A stretch of DNA of 64,000 bases from Chitinophaga pinensis. GTDB lineage: Bacteria > Bacteroidota > Bacteroidia > Flavobacteriales_D > Crocinitomicaceae. How positions within the stretch are numbered: position 1 is the stretch's first letter; the number at the start of each line of letters is the position of its first letter. The stretch spans positions 963 through 64,962 of the forward strand of contig CALPMC020000002.1 in assembly GCA_943324565.2 (NCBI GenBank). Direction: 5' to 3'. Below the pieces are notes generated by a model. It searched no databases, had not been told where the DNA came from, and worked only from the letters and a program-made list of their open reading frames with translations. The position numbers and the translations under genes are program-made. This document shows positions 35,690 to 43,371 of this stretch, piece after piece.

Positions 35690-36901
35690 TTAATTTCTAT
35701 ACGATTTAGAGTTCATTGGTTTTTTACTTTTCAAAACGTTAAATCCAACATTTAGACCTGCATAACCGCCACCTTTTTGAGATGAATAAAATACGTTTAC
35801 CGGAATATTTAATGAACCTGCTCTAAATGTTCGACCTGCAGCAAAAACAAAGGTTGTATTTATAGATTTAGTACCTCGTTTATCCAGAATAGTTTCATTT
35901 TTGTAGTCTGCATTAAATTCGGTTGCTTCTGGCATTATGAAATAACCATTTGTATTGTATTGTGGATCATCTCTAAAGTTTTCGTAAGCATAATCTTGCC
36001 AATCATTTTCTGAAAAGTATTGATTATCAGTTCCGAATAAGTTTTCTGTATCAAAGAAACCTGAACTTGTTGATTTCACACTAAAACCAGGACCAAAAGC
36101 AAATTCCCAACCACTTTTTCCGAATCGAAATCCATTCATAATTGTTAAAGATGGAATAAATTGACCTTGTTCCAAACCTGAAACATTTACAATTCCTTCA
36201 ACAAGGGCAGAGAAGTTTTCAGTCCCTACATATTGACCCTCTATTTGGTAACCAATCATCGAAACAACAGGTAAAATACCTAATCCACCTTGATCTGTAG
36301 AACGCATAGCAAATTCATTCACACTTCCAGTTAAGAAAGCAGCTCCAATTCGAGGTCCAGAATTGTTGACTTTTCCAACATTATTTGATGTAATCAGTTC
36401 ATTTTTAAATGCCAAGCGATCCAATAACACTTTGTCAACTGGAACCAAAAGCATTTCTTTAATTACAATCTCAATCATGCGTTGAATTTCTAATTCTTGA
36501 TTGTCAAACTCCTTCACATTTGATTTGTAAATTGTTTGACTTTTCACATCAACAATTTTTATAGTTAAGGCGATTTTATTTCCTAAACCATCGATACTTC
36601 CGCACATAATATAATCAACTTTCAATTCTGTTCCTAATTTTGCTAAACAATTTTGTCCATAACACAAGGTTCTGAATTCTTCTTTAGCTTTTAGAACATC
36701 TGCCATGTCAAATTCGTCATACACCTTGTGTTTATTGATTTTGATTAATTCCAAGCGCATCATTTTCGCAGCTGTTTCTTGTTTAATCCCGACAGCATTC
36801 ACATTTGGATTTGCAACAGCAATTGAAGGTAAACTCTCATTTTGTGCATTAACAGTTCCTAGATTCATTAGGATTGCTAAAAAGATAAATTTTGTTTTCA
36901 T
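35690..36901 (-). CDS. Hypothetical lipoprotein or outer-membrane protein with a CsgG/LpoB/TolB-N-like N-terminal domain
   Basis: Signal peptide. SIAVANPNVNAVG...LGTELKVDYIMCGSIDGLGNKIALTIKIVDVKSQ matches the IAV..f...LGadyvv.G.v...g....l.l.lidv.t pattern. The C-terminal half is Gly/aromatic-rich and beta-strand-like. Start trimmed to ATG 36901. Confidence 0.5.
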   Translation of the reverse strand: MKTKFIFLAILMNLGTVNAQNESLPSIAVANPNVNAVGIKQETAAKMMRLELIKINKHKVYDEFDMADVLKAKEEFRTLCYGQNCLAKLGTELKVDYIMCGSIDGLGNKIALTIKIVDVKSQTIYKSNVKEFDNQELEIQRMIEIVIKEMLLVPVDKVLLDRLAFKNELITSNNVGKVNNSGPRIGAAFLTGSVNEFAMRSTDQGGLGILPVVSMIGYQIEGQYVGTENFSALVEGIVNVSGLEQGQFIPSLTIMNGFRFGKSGWEFAFGPGFSVKSTSSGFFDTENLFGTDNQYFSENDWQDYAYENFRDDPQYNTNGYFIMPEATEFNADYKNETILDKRGTKSINTTFVFAAGRTFRAGSLNIPVNVFYSSQKGGGYAGLNVGFNVLKSKKPMNSKSYRN

Positions 36902-37182
36902 AGTTTTTAATTTTATGGACAAATATTTCTCTTTTAATTGCTTAACTAAAAATTGATTTAACCAAGCACTAATCAGTAAAATGCGATTTTTGTAGAATAT
37001 AAAAACTTAAATTGAATGATATATTTGAAAAACGTATTTTTCACAAGTTAACTTTTATTTAGTTGTGATTATCGCAAATAAAATTTAAGTAAATAGCGAT
37101 ATTTTGCGGATTTAAAGTTGTAATATATGAATATCACAATTTACAAACAACTTTGAGTACGAGTATTCAATTGCTTGTCTTG

Positions 37183-38193
37183 TTAAAAATGCAAATCTGC
37201 ATCAATTTTTTTACGAAATGAATGAATCATTTTTTCAAACTCAAAGAAATAATTATTTCTTTCTTTTTCATTTATAACACTAATTAAACTCGAGTTGGCA
37301 AGTTGTTTATCGATGATTTGTTTGGTATCTCCTACGTAATCAGCATCACTTGTATGCAAATAGTTCATGACATTATGTGTCAAGTAAATTCCTGTTTCCT
37401 CTTTGCTAGTATAGTAAAATGTTGCGTCAGAATTAATGGTTTCGTTTAAGTACATTTGAAACTCATTTCCTGAACTTGGAGCTTGAGTACCAAAAATAAA
37501 CTTCTTACCTAAGGTAGATTGTTCGCGTAAATGCTGTGCCATTAACAAGGCTCTATCACAAAGAAACAATGCATATTCAGGGTCTTCAAACATGTGTGCC
37601 TTGTAGTAATAGAAAATTTGACGCATAAATCCACGCATTAATTCTGGGTCGAAAATTTCAACAGATGGAATAGAATTATAAAGTTGAAGTATTTCTTTTC
37701 CTAATTCAAAAGCACGTTCAGTTGTTTTATCGTGTTTGAAAAGTTGATTTTTATAATCAACAATTTGTAAATGGGTTTTAGCCCAAAAAAACAAACGAAA
37801 TCGCACTAACTGTGGAAAATTTAAAAGCTGAAAAAAGTGGGTATTGTTAACAGATAGAATAATTTGAGGGTCACTCAGATTATTTAATTTATCGATTGAT
37901 TTCAAAATACCTTCCAAATAACTTTTTAAGCTAAAATCATAGGTATTTAAAGGTGAGTAATTAAAAGTTACGCTTCCTTTAGAAAGTGAACTAAGAGCAT
38001 CCAACGAAATATCGAAGTGTTTTGCTAAACGTTGCGCTTCTTGAATACTTAAAATTGTTTCTCCACGATACCTTCTATAAACTGCATCTGGACTTAAATG
38101 AAGAATATCAGCTAGAACGTTTCCAAGTGATTCTGTACTTGAAATTCGTTCTTTAATAAGTCTAAAAATTTCTGTTTGAATATCTTGTTTCAT
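37183..38193 (-). CDS. HTH-domain transcriptional regulator with a large helical C-terminal domain
   Basis: N-terminal XRE-like HTH (LADILHLSPDAVYRRYRGETILSIQEAQRLAKHFDISLDAL), then ~270 aa of predicted helical domain. 4-nt gap to the upstream gene. Confidence 0.65.
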   Translation of the reverse strand: MKQDIQTEIFRLIKERISSTESLGNVLADILHLSPDAVYRRYRGETILSIQEAQRLAKHFDISLDALSSLSKGSVTFNYSPLNTYDFSLKSYLEGILKSIDKLNNLSDPQIILSVNNTHFFQLLNFPQLVRFRLFFWAKTHLQIVDYKNQLFKHDKTTERAFELGKEILQLYNSIPSVEIFDPELMRGFMRQIFYYYKAHMFEDPEYALFLCDRALLMAQHLREQSTLGKKFIFGTQAPSSGNEFQMYLNETINSDATFYYTSKEETGIYLTHNVMNYLHTSDADYVGDTKQIIDKQLANSSLISVINEKERNNYFFEFEKMIHSFRKKIDADLHF

Positions 38194-38197
38194 TCAA

Positions 38198-39262
38198 TTA
38201 AAACTTGTAAAACCAAGAACACATTGGAATAGGGAAGGAGTAGCGTTCTCCATCTGTTGAACCGATAACGCCTGTCAAAGAAATCTGAAAAGCTTTATCT
38301 TCTGATTTTTGAAATCGCATTCCAGGCATTAAAATTAAATTGGTTGATTTAGTTTTATTGTTTACAATTGATGTATAAGATGGCATACCTTGATTATTAT
38401 AAACATAGTTTTGATATTGATTTGTTTGATTTCCAAATAAAATCATCGAATCAAAAATAAAACTTGCTTTTGATCCAACAGATACAATTCCACCTAATCC
38501 AATTATTGGTGCATTTCCAATAGGTTTTCTCGCTTCTGGCAAGTTAAAATTGAACGTTGGATTTCCTGGGTTTGAAGGGTCTTGAATAGCTGGGTAATTG
38601 CCTTCTACATAAAAGCCTGAATTAAAAATATTAACCTTTGCATATGAATATCCAACAGAAAACGTTAAATTTTTTTTTCTATCTCCAAGTGTAATCATTC
38701 CCCAGTGTAAGCCACCATAACCTCGACCTTGATTAAGATAACCTGTTGAACCTAATAGTGTTCCAAATCCGAAATTAATTTTTTCATAATTTGTTGGTAT
38801 TGAATATTTAAGCGCTAAAACAATTGGACTCGCAATCCAAGTTGTGATTACTCCAACAGAAAAATTCTTTGAAACAGCAAAATGAACTTCCGGACCAAAA
38901 AGATTGATTAATGCATAATTTTCACCTTTTTCTATTGGAAAAGAATTAGTTGTAAATTGGTAACGTGTGGTAAATGGACCTCTAGCTCTATATTCTCCAT
39001 TAACAACATCTTTTGAAACGTCTATTTTTTTAATTGATCTGATGTCTGATTTCGGAACATAAATTTTGCCTAAAGTTTCTGTTTGAATTAGGACTTCACG
39101 ACCATCGTCACTTATGATTTTTCCAATCATTTCATTTCCATTATTTCGAATAATGACATACGTATTTGTATCTATTTCAGCTGATTGAGTAACTTGAGCT
39201 TTAACTGATTGGTTTGCTATAAATCCAAAAACTAGAATTAAAAGTGAGAGTATTTTTTTCAT
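38198..39262 (-). CDS. Hypothetical outer-membrane protein (small N-terminal beta domain plus putative beta-barrel, C-terminal Phe)
   Basis: Signal peptide MKKILSLLILVFGFIANQSVKAQ; alternating-pattern Gly/aromatic-rich body; ends ...WFYKF. Start trimmed to ATG 39262 because the TACATTTG box (39281-39288) lies in the longer call. Confidence 0.55.
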   Translation of the reverse strand: MKKILSLLILVFGFIANQSVKAQVTQSAEIDTNTYVIIRNNGNEMIGKIISDDGREVLIQTETLGKIYVPKSDIRSIKKIDVSKDVVNGEYRARGPFTTRYQFTTNSFPIEKGENYALINLFGPEVHFAVSKNFSVGVITTWIASPIVLALKYSIPTNYEKINFGFGTLLGSTGYLNQGRGYGGLHWGMITLGDRKKNLTFSVGYSYAKVNIFNSGFYVEGNYPAIQDPSNPGNPTFNFNLPEARKPIGNAPIIGLGGIVSVGSKASFIFDSMILFGNQTNQYQNYVYNNQGMPSYTSIVNNKTKSTNLILMPGMRFQKSEDKAFQISLTGVIGSTDGERYSFPIPMCSWFYKF

Positions 39263-39280
39263 TTTATTAATTTTATAATG

Positions 39281-39288
39281 CAAATGTA
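39281..39288 (-). promoter_or_regulatory. -7 promoter box TACATTTG (minus strand)
   Basis: Plus strand reads CAAATGTA, 18 nt upstream of ATG 39262. Confidence 0.45.
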
Positions 39289-39447
39289 GTAAGATTTCAA
39301 GCATTTTGATTTTTGGTTAAAGCAATAATCGATTTGTTGTTTATTACTATTAATTCCTCTATTTGAAATCCTGCCGTTCGCAATTTAACACTACTTATTT
39401 AAAGATGCTAATCTAATAGCTTGTCGAAGTGTAGCAATTCTGTTTTT

Positions 39448-39634
39448 CGCAATTAATAAGCATTATTTACCTCCGTTCGCAATTCGCAATTCTTCCGTTC
39501 GCAACTAATAAGCATTATCTACTTCCGTTTGCAATTCGCAATTCCGTTGTTCGCAATTAATAAGCATTCTGTACTTCCGTTCGCAATTCGCAATTATACC
39601 GTTCGCAATTCTATCTCCGCCGCGGCGGACGCAA
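39448..39634. repeat. Tandem repeat, 52-bp unit x 3 plus a truncated 4th copy
   Basis: Units at 39448-39499, 39500-39551 and 39552-39603 align base for base with few mismatches (CGCAATTAATAAGCATT-N9-CCGTTCGCAATTCGCAATT-N3-CCGTT). The partial unit 39604-39634 contains the GC palindrome. Degenerate relics lie at about 39374-39447. Confidence 0.9.
39616..39629. repeat. GC palindrome TCCGCCGCGGCGGA, copy 2
   Basis: Identical to 26760-26773. It lies 5 nt beyond the paaY-like stop codon. Confidence 0.9.
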
Positions 39635-40222
39635 TTATCTTTTCCACCTAAAATAATTTTTCTCCTGTACCGGTCGATTTTCTTCAACTTCTGTCAAAGG
39701 TTTACAGAGTAGGAGAGAGGCTTGACAATCAGAAGGTAGTTTTTGATACAATCCAGTTCCTTCTGTTTTCCACGCAATCATTTCGTCGCTCACTTGCTTG
39801 ATAATCATCGCAGGATTTCCTACAACTAAGCTGCGCTCAGGAATTTCCATATTTGCAGGTACAAAACAGAGCGCTCCGATTATTGATTCTTTACCAATTT
39901 TCACATCGTCCATAATTACAGCATTCATACCGATAAGGCAATTTTCTCCTAAAGTTCCGCCGTGGATAATGGCACCATGACCAACGTGTGTACCTTTTTT
40001 CAAATGAACAGTTGTACCAGGAAACATGTGAATCGTGCAGTTTTCTTGCACATTGCAACCATCTTCGATAATAATTTGTCCCCAATCACCACGAATTGCG
40101 GCACCAGGACCGATATAAACATTTTCTCCAATGATCACATTTCCAGTCACAGAAGCTTGTGGATGCACAAAACTCGAAGGTTTTACAACTGGAATAAAGC
40201 CGTTAAATGAATAAATTGCCAT
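39635..40222 (-). CDS. Hexapeptide-repeat (gamma-carbonic-anhydrase / PaaY-like) protein
   Basis: The left-handed beta-helix repeats and overall alignment to E. coli PaaY as I remember it (IY...G..P.V...SFVHP.A...G.V..G..VY.GP.A..RGD.G). Confidence 0.8.
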   Translation of the reverse strand: MAIYSFNGFIPVVKPSSFVHPQASVTGNVIIGENVYIGPGAAIRGDWGQIIIEDGCNVQENCTIHMFPGTTVHLKKGTHVGHGAIIHGGTLGENCLIGMNAVIMDDVKIGKESIIGALCFVPANMEIPERSLVVGNPAMIIKQVSDEMIAWKTEGTGLYQKLPSDCQASLLLCKPLTEVEENRPVQEKNYFRWKR

Positions 40223-40263
40223 ATATTATGTTAAATAGAATGAGAATTAGTTATTTGAATCTT

Positions 40264-40271
40264 TAAATTTG
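40264..40271 (+). promoter_or_regulatory. -7 promoter box TAAATTTG
   Basis: 15 nt upstream of ATG 40287. It overlaps the TTG start of the longer ORF call. Confidence 0.45.
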
Positions 40272-40286
40272 GCTAAAATTACAATT

Positions 40287-40637
40287 ATGAAAAAGATTTT
40301 CTTGTTATTCGCTTTAATATTCATAGGATTTACTTCTAAAGCACAAAAAAGATTGTCAAATGAGGAGTTCAAAACTATAATGAAAGAAAAAGGTGCTCAA
40401 ATTTTGGATGTACGTACAGCTAAAGAAGTTGCCGAAGGAAAAATTGAAGGTTCAATAAATATCGATTATTTCTCACCAAAGTTCTTAGAGAATGCTTCAA
40501 AGTTCGACAAAAGCAAACCAGTGTTGATCTACTGTGCAGCTGGTGGTAGAAGTTTGTCCGCAGCCAAAGATTTGAAAAAAGCCGGTTTCAAAAAAGTGTA
40601 CGATCTACAAACCGGCTTCGATGGTTGGAAAGAGTAG
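40287..40637 (+). CDS. Secreted single-domain rhodanese-like sulfurtransferase
   Basis: Signal peptide; active-site loop YCAAGGRS. Confidence 0.8.
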   Translation: MKKIFLLFALIFIGFTSKAQKRLSNEEFKTIMKEKGAQILDVRTAKEVAEGKIEGSINIDYFSPKFLENASKFDKSKPVLIYCAAGGRSLSAAKDLKKAGFKKVYDLQTGFDGWKE

Positions 40638-40832
40638 AGCTAAATTCTTATGTAAGCAACTGTTTTTATAGGTCCTTTTTATTAATTCAAATAAACACAA
40701 TAGGATTAGTTTAATTAGAGCAATTGGGTTTGTTGGATTATTCTATTTAACATAATATTAATTATAATACACATAAATTTGCATTTTTTTTACTTCATAT
40801 TAAACTAAGACTCCAAAAATTAACCTTTCTAT

Positions 40833-40840
40833 TATCTTTG
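40833..40840 (+). promoter_or_regulatory. -7 promoter box TATCTTTG
   Basis: 17 nt upstream of the ychF ATG. Confidence 0.45.
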
Positions 40841-40857
40841 TAGAAAAAACGAATTAA

Positions 40858-41955
40858 ATGGCTTTAAAATGTGGAATTGTTGGATTACCAAACGTAGGGA
40901 AATCAACTTTATTTAACTGTTTGTCGAATGCGAAAGCGCAGTCTGCAAACTTTCCTTTTTGTACGATTGAACCCAACATCGGAACGATTTCTGTGCCCGA
41001 TCCAAGATTAGAGAAATTAGAAGTACTTGTGAATCCAGAGCGTGTAATGCCAACTACAATGGAGATTGTGGACATCGCAGGTTTAGTGAAAGGTGCTTCA
41101 AAAGGTGAAGGTCTTGGGAATCAATTCTTAGCGAATATTCGCGAAACGGATGCAATTTTGCACGTTTTACGTTGCTTCGACGATGGAAACATTATTCACG
41201 TTGATGGAAGCGTAAACCCAATTCGCGACAAAGAAATCATCGATATCGAATTGCAATTGAAAGACCTAGATACTATCGAGAAGAAAATTGCAAGTTTGGC
41301 TCGCGTTCTAAAATCTGGAGATAAAGATGCAATTAAAGAAAATGAACTGTCATTAAAAATCAAAGAAGGTTTAGAAAAAGGAGTTTCTGCACGTGGTCTT
41401 GATTTCACGCAAGAAGAAAGAGATATCATCCATAGATTTAATTTAATCACCTCGAAACCAGTAATGTACGTTTGTAACGTGGATGAAGACTCTGTAAAAA
41501 CTGGAAATCACTATGTTGATGAAGTGAAAGCTGCTGTTGCGCACGAAAACGCTGAAGTTTTAGTAATCGGTGCGAAAATCGAGGCAGACATCACTGAATT
41601 AGAGACGTACGACGAGCGTAAAATGTTCTTAGATGAATTAGGTTTGGACGAGCCAGGAGTAAATCGCTTGATTCGTTCAGCTTATTACTTATTGAATTTA
41701 TACACCTATTTTACTGCTGGTGTAAAAGAAGTGCGTGCGTGGACAATTCGCAAAGGAATGACTGCACCTCAAGCGGCAGGTGTAATTCATACTGATTTCG
41801 AAAAAGGATTCATTCGTGCAGAAGTAATGAAATATAACGATTTTACAACATACGGTTCTGAAGCAGCTGTGAAAGAAGCTGGAAAATTCAAAGTTGAAGG
41901 AAAAGAATACGTTGTGGAAGATGGTGATATTATGCACTTTAGGTTTAACGTTTAA
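40858..41955 (+). CDS. ychF: Redox-regulated ribosome-binding ATPase YchF
   Basis: GIVGLPNVGKSTLFN P-loop, DIAGLVKGASKGEGLGN motif, and a C-terminal TGS-like region ending MHFRFNV. Confidence 0.95.
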   Translation: MALKCGIVGLPNVGKSTLFNCLSNAKAQSANFPFCTIEPNIGTISVPDPRLEKLEVLVNPERVMPTTMEIVDIAGLVKGASKGEGLGNQFLANIRETDAILHVLRCFDDGNIIHVDGSVNPIRDKEIIDIELQLKDLDTIEKKIASLARVLKSGDKDAIKENELSLKIKEGLEKGVSARGLDFTQEERDIIHRFNLITSKPVMYVCNVDEDSVKTGNHYVDEVKAAVAHENAEVLVIGAKIEADITELETYDERKMFLDELGLDEPGVNRLIRSAYYLLNLYTYFTAGVKEVRAWTIRKGMTAPQAAGVIHTDFEKGFIRAEVMKYNDFTTYGSEAAVKEAGKFKVEGKEYVVEDGDIMHFRFNV

Positions 41956-41967
41956 CAAATAATTACG

Positions 41968-41987
41968 AACTAACATTGATTTTTTTC
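41968..41987 (+). repeat. Left 20-bp direct repeat AACTAACATTGATTTTTTTC
   Basis: 18/20 identical to 42075-42094. Together they bracket the G-box inverted pair. Confidence 0.75.
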
Positions 41988-42074
41988 TCCCTTGAGGGAG
42001 GTAAGGAGGGTGACCAATTACAAAAGGTATCCCCCTCACCCACCCCTTCAAAGTGGCCGTATTAAAAATCCTTT
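41988..42074. repeat. Inverted pair of G-rich boxes (MITE- or REP-like palindromic element)
   Basis: Left arm CCTTGAGGGAGGTAAGGAGGGTGACC, spacer AATTACAAAA, right arm GGTATCCCCCTCACCCACCCCTTCAAAG. The reverse complement of the right arm, CTTTGAAGGGGTGGGTGAGGGGGATACC, closely matches 10668-10695. Confidence 0.7.
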
Positions 42075-42094
42075 AACTAACATTAATATTTTTC
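42075..42094 (+). repeat. Right 20-bp direct repeat AACTAACATTAATATTTTTC
   Basis: See 41968-41987. It ends 4 nt before the fumarylacetoacetase ATG. Confidence 0.75.
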
Positions 42095-42098
42095 AAAT

Positions 42099-43370
42099 AT
42101 GATAGCAGCAAATAACCCCGCATTAAAATCTTGGGTCGCAGTGCCTGAAAATAGTGATTTTTCGATTCAAAATTTACCTTTTGGCATTTTCAAAACAGCT
42201 AATTTAACACCTCGTGTTGGCGTGCGAATTGGTGATAGTGTTTTGGATTTAAAAACTTTATTTATCTTAGGATATTTAGAAAATTTACCTTTCGAAATAG
42301 GTGATTTCGATTGTGAATACTTGAATCCGATGATGAAAAAAGGAAAGTTTGCGGTGCGTCAATTGCGCAACCGCATTTCAAAATTATTGGATGTAGATTT
42401 TACTGATTTACAAAAAAATCAACATCACGTTGACCAAGTGCTAATTGATGCAAATAGTGTTCAAATGTGTATGCCGGTTCAAATTGGCGATTATACCGAT
42501 TTCTATTCGAGCAAAGAACACGCAACAAACGTTGGAATTATGTTCCGTGACCCTGCAAATGCCTTGTTGCCGAACTGGTTGTGGATTCCTGTTGGTTACC
42601 ACGGTCGTGCTTCTTCTGTGATTCTTTCTGGACAAGACATTCACCGTCCAAAAGGTCAAATTAAACCTAATGACAACGAAGATCCAATTTTCGCTCCTTC
42701 GCGACAAATTGATTTTGAGTTGGAAATGGGATTCATTACATTCGATGGAAAACCGCTTGGAGACTCGATTTCAACAGCTGAAGCAGATGAGTATATTTTT
42801 GGTTTGTGTTTGTTCAATGATTGGTCGGCACGTGATATTCAAAAATGGGAATATGTTCCTCTTGGACCTTTCTTAGCGAAAAACTTTGCATCATCGATAT
42901 CAGCTTGGATTGTGACTTTGGACGCCCTACAACCTTATGCAGTTGAAACCCCAAATCAAGAGCCGAAAGTACTTTCTTACTTGGAATTTGAAGGCAAAAA
43001 ATCATACGACATCAATTTACAAGTGGCCATTCAACCTGAAAATTCGGATGAAACAGTCATTTCTAACTCCAATTTCAAGTACATGTATTGGAATATGGCA
43101 CAACAATTAGCGCATCATACTGTAAATGGTTGTAATATCAGAACAGGAGATTTAATGGGCTCTGGAACTATTTCAGGACCAACTGAAGATTCTTATGGCT
43201 CAATGTTGGAATTGTGTTGGAAAGGAACGAAACCTTTAAAAATGAATGATGGAACAGAGCGTCGATTTATTTTAGATGGAGACACAGTTATCATGCGAGG
43301 TCATTGTGAAGCAAACGGTGTTCGTATTGGATTTGGAGAAGTGAAAGCAAAACTTTTAGCGGCGAAATAA
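42099..43370 (+). CDS. fahA: Fumarylacetoacetase
   Basis: 423 aa. An N-terminal FAH_N-like region (FSIQNLPFGIF) and a C-terminal FAH fold, as I remember the family. Confidence 0.85.
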   Translation: MIAANNPALKSWVAVPENSDFSIQNLPFGIFKTANLTPRVGVRIGDSVLDLKTLFILGYLENLPFEIGDFDCEYLNPMMKKGKFAVRQLRNRISKLLDVDFTDLQKNQHHVDQVLIDANSVQMCMPVQIGDYTDFYSSKEHATNVGIMFRDPANALLPNWLWIPVGYHGRASSVILSGQDIHRPKGQIKPNDNEDPIFAPSRQIDFELEMGFITFDGKPLGDSISTAEADEYIFGLCLFNDWSARDIQKWEYVPLGPFLAKNFASSISAWIVTLDALQPYAVETPNQEPKVLSYLEFEGKKSYDINLQVAIQPENSDETVISNSNFKYMYWNMAQQLAHHTVNGCNIRTGDLMGSGTISGPTEDSYGSMLELCWKGTKPLKMNDGTERRFILDGDTVIMRGHCEANGVRIGFGEVKAKLLAAK

Positions 43371-43371
43371 T

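Noticed and set aside
39448-39634. Possible CRISPR array, given regularly spaced repeats in intergenic DNA
   Set aside because: The whole 52-bp unit is conserved, including the part that would be the spacer. There are only 3.6 units, no cas genes in the window, and no unique spacers. This is a tandem repeat, not a CRISPR array.
39505-39687. 60-aa minus-strand ORF spanning the 52-bp repeat array and the GC palindrome
   Set aside because: The reading frame is generated by the repeats themselves (IANGIIANCERK... reflects CGCAATT words). It overlaps the 3' end of the paaY-like gene and has no promoter box or plausible start context.
41698-42051. 117-aa minus-strand ORF crossing the ychF 3' end and the G-box element
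   Set aside because: It is antisense to the strongly supported ychF. Its N-terminus (MKGWVRGIPFVIGHPPYLPQGRKK) is simply the translated G-rich repeat, the kind of spurious ORF these repeats create.
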